64,000 nt of DNA from the IMG/VR virus record IMGVR_UViG_3300037067_007160, positions 32,001 to 96,000 of that record, one strand, 5' to 3'. A program made the position numbers and the translations under genes. Below, piece by piece: positions 59,011 through 64,000 of the stretch (position 1 is its first letter; every line of letters begins with the position of its first letter). This stretch comes from a virus. Its lineage: Duplodnaviria > Caudoviricetes. The notes beneath the pieces are model-generated. The model worked only from the letters and a program-made list of their open reading frames with translations, did not search any database and was not told where the DNA came from.

Positions 59011-59072
59011 CTGGCAAACACTCTGATCTTAAAAATCAGATCTTGTGAGTTCGAATCTCATCACTCGCACCA
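58996..59072 (+). tRNA. tRNA-Leu(TAA), short variable loop (cassette cargo)
   Basis: CTGAT-CT TAA AA-ATCAG, CCA. Confidence 0.9.
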
Positions 59073-59073
59073 A

Positions 59074-59121
59074 TTTAATATTAGCGAACTAGTGTCGGTT
59101 CGAGTCCGACCAGGACTACCA
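59074..59121 (+). pseudogene. 3' half of split tRNA
   Basis: GTCGG-TTCGAGT-CCGAC CAGGACT ACCA. Confidence 0.8.
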
Positions 59122-59138
59122 TATTTATGGGAGGATGT

Positions 59139-59273
59139 ATGAAGAAAGACACATTAAGATGCCCATATTGTAAGGGTGATATGAGGCATTCGAAACCGGA
59201 TCAGAACGGAAACGTAATTTGGAATTGTGACTATTGTAAAGCAACATTAGCTGATAAAATATCCACCAAGTAA
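59139..59273 (+). CDS. small zinc-ribbon protein (44 aa)
   Basis: CPYC..WNCDYC; RBS GGAGGA. Confidence 0.6.
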   Translation: MKKDTLRCPYCKGDMRHSKPDQNGNVIWNCDYCKATLADKISTK

Positions 59274-59276
59274 AAT

Positions 59277-59531
59277 ATGGCAGCGATACTAGGCTGGATC
59301 TCTACCATCATCTTCTCAGTCTGTATCCTACCACAGATCTGGAAGACTTGGAAGAGTAAGAGGGCTGATGATATCAGTATTGTCTCATGGCTCATGTTCT
59401 TTACTGGTAACGTAACCGCCCTAATATATGCTATAATGATAGTCCAATGGCCGCTGATCATTAAGTACGTTTTCGCACTTGCTGCATCTTTTCTATTGAC
59501 AGTATTATGTTTATTGTATAAAAGGAGGTAG
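59277..59531 (+). CDS. SemiSWEET / PQ-loop family transporter
   Basis: 3 TM helices, LPQIWKTWKSKRADDIS. Confidence 0.85.
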   Translation: MAAILGWISTIIFSVCILPQIWKTWKSKRADDISIVSWLMFFTGNVTALIYAIMIVQWPLIIKYVFALAASFLLTVLCLLYKRR

Positions 59532-59532
59532 C

Positions 59533-59757
59533 ATGCTCATGAAAGCGAAAGTAAAAGAATGGTTCCTTGGAAAGGCACTGAAGAAGGTTGCATCACAGGT
59601 TGCCATATTCGCGGTCGCCATAGTAGCGGCCGTCAACGCCAAGAACCTTGGAGTAAATATTAACATTGATCCTGATGTGCTGGCTGGATCCGTCTTCGCT
59701 GGTCTTCAGCTATTGCGCAACTTCCTCAAGACAAAGTATAATGTAGACTGGCTTTAA
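59533..59757 (+). CDS. small membrane protein
   Basis: Two hydrophobic segments; RBS AGGAGG. Confidence 0.6.
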   Translation: MLMKAKVKEWFLGKALKKVASQVAIFAVAIVAAVNAKNLGVNINIDPDVLAGSVFAGLQLLRNFLKTKYNVDWL

Positions 59758-59767
59758 CATTCTCAAT

Positions 59768-59841
59768 GGCTCCGCAGCTCGAAGGTCGAGCATCCGGCCT
59801 ACATCCGGAAGGGGCTGGTTCAATTCCAGCCGGGGTCACCA
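59768..59841 (+). tRNA. tRNA-Val(TAC)
   Basis: TCCGG-CC TAC AT-CCGGA (C33), CCA. Confidence 0.88.
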
Positions 59842-59846
59842 ACTTT

Positions 59847-59884
59847 GCGCTCAAAGCTCATATGGCTGAGCATATGTCGATAAC
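59847..59884 (+). pseudogene. 5' half of split tRNA-Ile(GAT)
   Basis: GCGCTCA, D arm GCTC/GAGC, ends TC GAT AA C. Confidence 0.85.
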
Positions 59885-59912
59885 TGTGATATAATTTAAC
59901 TAGGAGGATATC

Positions 59913-60320
59913 ATGGATAAGACATGTGTTCTTTGTTGGAATAAAGTAAAGAAGTATAGATCTGATATATGTGGATCATGTATGGTTTTAATACGGAGAC
60001 TTCGTCTAAAACTTGCGTGTATAAAGTTACTTCATGGAAAATGTTTCAAATGCGGAATGATCGCAACATTGAAAAATCTAGGAGCATTTCAGTTTCATCA
60101 TAAAGATCCAAGTGAGAAGAAGTTCCAGTTATCATTTGGTACATACTCTTGGGATAAAATAAAAGAAGAAGCAAGAAAATGTGAACTTTGGTGTGCTAAT
60201 TGTCATTCTATTAATCATGCAACAACATACACAGAAGAAAAGATTAATAGAGCTATACGTTTTTGTGGAACTGAAGATATACATAATCTTGTAGCAGAAT
60301 GGAAAATTATTGGCTCGTAG
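59913..60320 (+). CDS. tRNA-associated HNH endonuclease
   Basis: GKCFKCG..FQFHHKDP..EARKCELWCANCH; stop inside tRNA-Ile. Confidence 0.87.
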   Translation: MDKTCVLCWNKVKKYRSDICGSCMVLIRRLRLKLACIKLLHGKCFKCGMIATLKNLGAFQFHHKDPSEKKFQLSFGTYSWDKIKEEARKCELWCANCHSINHATTYTEEKINRAIRFCGTEDIHNLVAEWKIIGS

Positions 60321-60384
60321 CTTAATGGTCAAGCCATCGCTCGATAAGCGATAGATGTGGGTTCGATTCCCAACGGGCCAACCA
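60311..60384 (+). tRNA. tRNA-Ile(GAT) (cassette cargo)
   Basis: ATCGC-TC GAT AA-GCGAT (C33), ACCA. Confidence 0.87.
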
Positions 60385-60388
60385 ATAT

Positions 60389-60431
60389 GATAACCGGGAG
60401 ATAGCAGGTTCGAATCCTGCTGGGCGCACCA
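60389..60431 (+). pseudogene. 3' half of split tRNA-Ile(GAT)
   Basis: GAT AA CCGGG..GCAGG-TTCGAAT-CCTGC TGGGCGC ACCA pairs with GCGCTCA. Confidence 0.87.
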
Positions 60432-60518
60432 AATACGGAGGACGCATAATGGCGAAGAAGAAACCTCGTGGTGGCTGTAAGTAGATAGAAGACTCCCCTC
60501 AACTTGGGGGAGTTACTT

Positions 60519-60591
60519 TGCGGAGTCATTCAATGGTAGGATGTCGCTCTCTGAAAGCGATAACGTTGGTTCAACTCCAGCCTCCGCAGCC
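60519..60591 (+). tRNA. tRNA-Gln(CTG)
   Basis: TCGCT-CT CTG AA-AGCGA; abuts tRNA-Ser. Confidence 0.9.
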
Positions 60592-60682
60592 GGAAGATTG
60601 GCCGAGTGGTTTAAGGCACTCGTCTTGAAAACGAGAGGACCTGATGAAGGTTCCACTGGTTCGAATCCAGTATCTTCCGCCA
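60592..60682 (+). tRNA. tRNA-Ser(TGA)
   Basis: CTCGT-CT TGA AA-ACGAG, long variable arm, GCCA. Confidence 0.93.
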
Positions 60683-60687
60683 ATTTT

Positions 60688-60762
60688 GGCCTCATCGTCT
60701 AATGGCTAGGATTCCTCGGTCTCAACGAGGAGATACGGGTCCGAATCCCGTTGAGGCTGCCA
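60688..60762 (+). tRNA. tRNA-Glu(CTC)
   Basis: CCTCG-GT CTC AA-CGAGG, GCCA. Confidence 0.88.
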
Positions 60763-60765
60763 TAT

Positions 60766-60804
60766 GCTCTATTCGTCTAGTGGTCTAGGATCTCAGACCT
60801 TCAA
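60766..60804 (+). pseudogene. 5' half of split tRNA-Glu(TTC)
   Basis: GCTCTAT-TCGTCTAGTGGTCTAGGA..CC TTC AA, then AT-rich insert. Confidence 0.85.
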
Positions 60805-60838
60805 ATAAATAATAGTTTGAAAGTGATATAATAGTAAC

Positions 60839-61279
60839 ATGAAAAAATGCACGAAGTGTCTACAGGAAAAAGAAGATGTTGAATTTAGTATAAAACAGAA
60901 ATTGCAACGTCATAGTTGGTGTAAAGAATGTCATAAAATATATCACAAAGAACACTATAGGGCAAATATAGAAATATATAAGAAAAAGTTAATGGAACGA
61001 ACAAGAAGATTGCGAAAGATCGCTAGGCATCTTATTATAGAATATCTTAAGACGCATCCTTGCATTGATTGTGGAATAAATGATCCCACTGTTCTAGATT
61101 TTGATCATATTAGAGGAAAGAAAAATAAGGATTTATCAACAATGATTCATAATGGTTACAATACAGAAACGATAATAGCCGAAATTGCTAAGTGCGAAAT
61201 TAGATGTGCAAATTGTCATAGACGAAAGACAATGCGTCAAAGTAAACACTGGAAAATGACATCATCGTCTAATTGGTAG
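60839..61279 (+). CDS. tRNA-associated HNH endonuclease
   Basis: CTKC..CKEC; HPCIDCG..VLDFDH..EIAKCEIRCANCHRRKT; stop inside tRNA-Glu. Confidence 0.88.
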   Translation: MKKCTKCLQEKEDVEFSIKQKLQRHSWCKECHKIYHKEHYRANIEIYKKKLMERTRRLRKIARHLIIEYLKTHPCIDCGINDPTVLDFDHIRGKKNKDLSTMIHNGYNTETIIAEIAKCEIRCANCHRRKTMRQSKHWKMTSSSNW

Positions 61280-61329
61280 GATAGTTCTCTTTCAAGGAAC
61301 AGATACCAGTTCAAATCTGGTTGGTGTCG
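61258..61329 (+). tRNA. tRNA-Glu(TTC) (cassette cargo), CCA not directly encoded
   Basis: GACATCA/TGGTGTC, GTTCT-CT TTC AA-GGAAC. Confidence 0.87.
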
Positions 61330-61346
61330 CTCCATTTTCTATAAAA

Positions 61347-61382
61347 CAGAAGATGTTGGTTCGAATCCCGTACAGAGCACCA
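61347..61382 (+). pseudogene. decayed 3' half of split tRNA-Glu
   Basis: GG-TTCGAAT-CC..ACAGAGC ACCA pairs 6/7 with GCTCTAT. Confidence 0.8.
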
Positions 61383-61387
61383 GATTT

Positions 61388-61407
61388 GCCCCAGTCGTTC
61401 AACGGAT
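61388..61407 (+). pseudogene. orphan tRNA 5' fragment (Arg-like)
   Basis: GCCCCAG-TCGTTCAACGGAT at the usual spacing after the previous CCA; cut off in the D-loop by an antisense HNH. Confidence 0.55.
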
Positions 61408-61409
61408 GG

Positions 61410-61781
61410 TTAATGAATAGTTGCATTACTACATAATCTATCATTAGTATGACGTATACGGTGACAATTTGAACAAAGCAGGACGCACTTATCAAGTTCT
61501 TTTACTACATTATCCCAAGTATGAAGTCTCATTTTTACCCATTCTAATTCTTTTGTGTTGGCATCGAGGTGATGAAAATCGTAGACTTCTGGTTGATAGG
61601 TTTCTTTACAATCATAACATTTATCACCAAGATAAACAATTGCTTTTTTCTTACGAGATACCCATCGTGTCTGACAGTATCTATTAAAACAGTCTTTACA
61701 GTATGATTGAAGCTGTGTTTTTGTTTTCTTATAAAAACACGATTCATCTTTTTCAACTTTACATTGTGGACATATTTTCAT
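61410..61781 (-). CDS. tRNA-associated HNH endonuclease (antisense)
   Basis: AAGGAG RBS; CPQC..CKDC; LGDKCYDC..YDFHH..ELDKCVLLCSNCHRIRH. Confidence 0.87.
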   Translation of the reverse strand: MKICPQCKVEKDESCFYKKTKTQLQSYCKDCFNRYCQTRWVSRKKKAIVYLGDKCYDCKETYQPEVYDFHHLDANTKELEWVKMRLHTWDNVVKELDKCVLLCSNCHRIRHTNDRLCSNATIH

Positions 61782-61793
61782 ATAATGCTCCTT

Positions 61794-61873
61794 GAGCCAG
61801 TATCTCCTCGGTCTTCTAAACCGATGAAAGAGTAATTGGACACATGTGGGTTCGACTCCCATCTGGCTCGCCA
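61794..61873 (+). tRNA. non-canonical tRNA-Arg(TCT) lacking a D arm
   Basis: GAGCCAG/CTGGCTC-GCCA, TCGGT-CT TCT AA-ACCGA, normal T arm; only 7 nt where the D arm should be. Confidence 0.7.
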
Positions 61874-61931
61874 ATATTATATCTTAGAAACATTTGTTCT
61901 AAACTATAAGACATTAGTCTGGAGGAATGCC

Positions 61932-62111
61932 ATGGAAGAGTTCTTCACGAAGAATATCGTCAATGGAAAGAATCCACTCTACATCGTCTCTACCGCAAAG
62001 GTTCGGCCCCATAAGGGGGAGTACGTAAGACTTGATGGTGCTATTACCAAAATTAAGACAGTACTTCCCATCTCCAAAGAGGAGGTTGGACTCTATATAG
62101 AAAGGAAGTAG
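61932..62111 (+). CDS. hypothetical protein
   Basis: RBS GGAGG before ATG 61932. Confidence 0.55.
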   Translation: MEEFFTKNIVNGKNPLYIVSTAKVRPHKGEYVRLDGAITKIKTVLPISKEEVGLYIERK

Positions 62112-62116
62112 ATTCC

Positions 62117-62701
62117 GTGATAACACAACTTAATACTAAAGTTCTTGTCCTAAACCGCTCATGGATTCCGATAGGATTTTGCGCTGTCCGCGAGGCCTTC
62201 AAGTATATTGCTGAGGATATCGCGGACATAATGGACTCTGACCTTAATACCTATGACTACAAGACATGGTATGAGCTTGAGGTTGAAGAGGATGAGGAGT
62301 CTGTCGGCACAGTCAATAAGAGGATAAAGGTTCCTAGAATAGTAAGGCTAAAGGACTTCAACAAAGTACCAAATACAGTTCTTCGTTTCAATAGGAAGAA
62401 CCTCTATCTACGTGATAGGTATGTCTGCCAGTATTGCGCCAAGAAGTTTCCAGCTGGCACTCTTAGTATGGACCATGTCATACCTAAGTCGCGTGGCGGC
62501 CAAACTAGCTGGACAAATATTGTCACTTCTTGTATAATATGTAATACAAGAAAGGCCGATAGGACGCCAGTGGAAGCAAAGATGAAAGTAATAAAGGCAC
62601 CCTACGCCCCAAGGCATCTTGATATTGATGTCCTTCATATTGAAGGTAAGAGGTATAAGGAGTGGGAGATGTTCCTTAAGCCAAAGGAACATATATGCTG
62701 A
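62117..62701 (+). CDS. McrA-like HNH endonuclease
   Basis: VLVLN..VPRIVRL..RDRYVCQYC..DHVIPKSRGG..WTNIVTSC..CN.RK..RTP. Confidence 0.92.
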   Translation: MITQLNTKVLVLNRSWIPIGFCAVREAFKYIAEDIADIMDSDLNTYDYKTWYELEVEEDEESVGTVNKRIKVPRIVRLKDFNKVPNTVLRFNRKNLYLRDRYVCQYCAKKFPAGTLSMDHVIPKSRGGQTSWTNIVTSCIICNTRKADRTPVEAKMKVIKAPYAPRHLDIDVLHIEGKRYKEWEMFLKPKEHIC

Positions 62702-63009
62702 TACGCTACAAGGATCAGGATTCTCAAGACTGGGAGAATGTCTCAGTAAAGAATATTCATGTCACAATAGATCTTGAGGATGTTATCTTTGGTGATATTA
62801 GGATGTCTCCTACTACTGAGCTATCCTCACTTCTTACGTCAGGGGAGAAGCTGGACATTGAGTTCTCAAGAGCTGCAGATGATGACTTTGATGTTGTCAT
62901 CTTATCAGGGATCGTTATGACTGGAGAGAGTTTTGGTTCTGGTGAAGGCTTTCAAGAACCACTAACTAGTTATCACTTCAGAGCTGATAGTCTGCAAGTT
63001 CACGATTAA
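62695..63009 (+). CDS. hypothetical acidic protein
   Basis: Coupled ORF with AAGGA RBS. Confidence 0.6.
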   Translation: MLIRYKDQDSQDWENVSVKNIHVTIDLEDVIFGDIRMSPTTELSSLLTSGEKLDIEFSRAADDDFDVVILSGIVMTGESFGSGEGFQEPLTSYHFRADSLQVHD

Positions 63010-63013
63010 TTAT

Positions 63014-63087
63014 TGGCCTGTCGTCCAATGCTAGGACCTTCCGTTTTGAGCGGAAAGATGAAGGTTGGAGTCCTTCCAGGCTAACCA
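63014..63087 (+). tRNA. tRNA-Gln(TTG)
   Basis: TTCCG-TT TTG AG-CGGAA, CCA. Confidence 0.88.
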
Positions 63088-63088
63088 C

Positions 63089-63163
63089 GGGGATATCGGT
63101 TAATTGGTAAACCACTGGTCTCCAAAACCAGCACTCTAGGTTCGAGTCCTAGTATCCCTGCCA
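63089..63163 (+). tRNA. tRNA-Trp(CCA)
   Basis: CTGGT-CT CCA AA-ACCAG, GCCA. Confidence 0.92.
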
Positions 63164-63171
63164 AATTTAAT

Positions 63172-63247
63172 GGTAGGTGAAGGCCGATGGACGGCCGCAC
63201 GGCTGTGGCCCGTGCCCTAGCCGGTTCGATTCCGGTCATCTACCCCA
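63172..63247 (+). tRNA. tRNA-His(GTG)
   Basis: G-1:C73, CACGG-CT GTG GC-CCGTG, CCA. Confidence 0.92.
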
Positions 63248-63264
63248 AACTTAGGGAGGGTGTT

Positions 63265-64000
63265 GTGAAAGAGAATTATGTTGTCATAGGTGACATCCAT
63301 GGTTGCTATGACCTCCTACTTGGACTTCTGGGCCAAGTAGCCAAGAGTCCATACAAGGACTATAGGAAGGTCTTCCTTGGTGACATGGTAGATCGTGGGC
63401 CAGATAGCTTTAGGGTTGTCGCAATGGTCAAGAAGCTAATGGAGACAGAGAAGGCTATTGTCCTACTTGGAAATCATGAAGATATGATGATCAAGTATGT
63501 GGAGAATAAATGGTATAATCCACAGGACATCTGGCTCTACAATGGTGGGAAGAAGACTATGGACTCCTATGGTAAAGGTATGAAGATGTATGGTCATGGG
63601 AAGTTCTTTGGCGCCATTGGATCTAGTGGACACTTCCAGTGGCTAAAGAAACTTCTCCCATACTATGAAACAGAGAAAGTGTGGTTTTCTCATGCTCCTA
63701 TACCTGTAGAGGAATATAGGATGGATATCCATGCGAGAAAACTACATGGTGACTTTAGGAATCAGATGGATACTCTTATCTGGTCCTGGCATGGTCACTA
63801 TGGAATAGAAGAAGGTGATGGATTCCTTTACGACCATAAGAAGACTGCTGTCTATGGTCATGTTCATCGACTTCTATCTGATGGAAATCTAAAGCCAAGA
63901 ATTCATGAGAATGGTATCTACATTGATACAGGTGCTGGTTGTGCTCCATATGCACCACTAACAGCAGTGATAATTGAGGATGGAAACTATAAAGAATCCT
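63265..64000 (+). CDS. metallophosphoesterase / Ser-Thr protein phosphatase (3'-truncated by window)
   Basis: GTG start with GGGAGG; GDIHG, GDMVDRG, GNHE, HA, GH motifs; absent from ORF track because there is no stop in the window. Confidence 0.9.
   Translation, partial: MKENYVVIGDIHGCYDLLLGLLGQVAKSPYKDYRKVFLGDMVDRGPDSFRVVAMVKKLMETEKAIVLLGNHEDMMIKYVENKWYNPQDIWLYNGGKKTMDSYGKGMKMYGHGKFFGAIGSSGHFQWLKKLLPYYETEKVWFSHAPIPVEEYRMDIHARKLHGDFRNQMDTLIWSWHGHYGIEEGDGFLYDHKKTAVYGHVHRLLSDGNLKPRIHENGIYIDTGAGCAPYAPLTAVIIEDGNYKES

Larger units (their letters stand above)
58501..59073 (+). mobile_element. promoter-HNH-tRNA-Leu(TAA) cassette inside a tRNA gene
   Basis: TTGACA-17-TATAAT (58510-58538), HNH ORF and complete tRNA, all bracketed by tRNA halves. 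Confidence 0.75.
59885..60388 (+). mobile_element. HNH-tRNA-Ile(GAT) cassette inserted at the anticodon of tRNA-Ile(GAT)
   Basis: GATAAC at both junctions; TGATATAAT, HNH ORF and complete tRNA inside. Confidence 0.85.
60805..61340 (+). mobile_element. HNH-tRNA-Glu(TTC) cassette inserted at the anticodon of tRNA-Glu(TTC)
   Basis: TGATATAAT, leaderless HNH and complete tRNA-Glu between the two halves. Confidence 0.82.

Noticed and set aside
53489-60695. Short ORF-track calls overlapping tRNAs or tmRNA (e.g. 54252-54446, 54568-54792, 54650-54871, 56898-57095, 60513-60695)
   Set aside because: Shadow translations of structured RNA genes with typical antisense-tRNA peptides (GVEP, GFEP)
58473-61382. 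Group I or II introns in the split tRNAs
   Set aside because: Inserts are almost fully occupied by promoter, ORF and cargo tRNA; no P7/P3 core or domain V is visible; outer anticodon stems no longer pair
1-64000. Stop-codon reassignment, as often accompanies theta ribozymes
   Set aside because: Three ORFs over 2,000 aa are intact in code 11, TAG/TGA/TAA all end coupled genes, and no CTA or TCA suppressor tRNA is in the window
1-64000. CRISPR array or rRNA genes
   Set aside because: No regularly spaced direct repeats or rRNA signatures seen; the repeats present are tRNA motifs or protein-coding repeats

Overview
64 kb of a large tailed-phage (myovirus-like, probably jumbo) genome, almost all on the + strand and in the standard genetic code. 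1-47 kb is a virion morphogenesis block. It has three tail-tube-like paralogs, two tail chaperones, three ~2,000-aa tail proteins, baseplate genes, His-rich fibre proteins, an M23 peptidase and a beta-helix protein. The three giant proteins are a tape measure with a Cas4-like segment, a protein with DnaQ-like exonuclease and DxDGD two-barrel RNA polymerase motifs, and a thermonuclease-hub fusion. 48-53 kb holds Hsp20, class II ribonucleotide reductase and HNH genes. 53.5-63.3 kb is an rrn-like stable-RNA operon with tmRNA, 34 apparently complete tRNAs (19 amino acids, no Met), a GGQ release-factor homolog and a SemiSWEET. Most striking are repeated homing-endonuclease cassettes that sit inside a resident tRNA gene, leave its halves as relics and carry a divergent replacement tRNA. 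The anticodon matches the resident's in the two clearest cases, Ile-GAT and Glu-TTC. A related HNH insertion brings a minimal HDV-like (theta) ribozyme whose predicted cut falls right after the discriminator base of a tRNA-like RNA that has no anticodon arm. All calls are from reading motifs and base-pairing by eye; no database searches were run.
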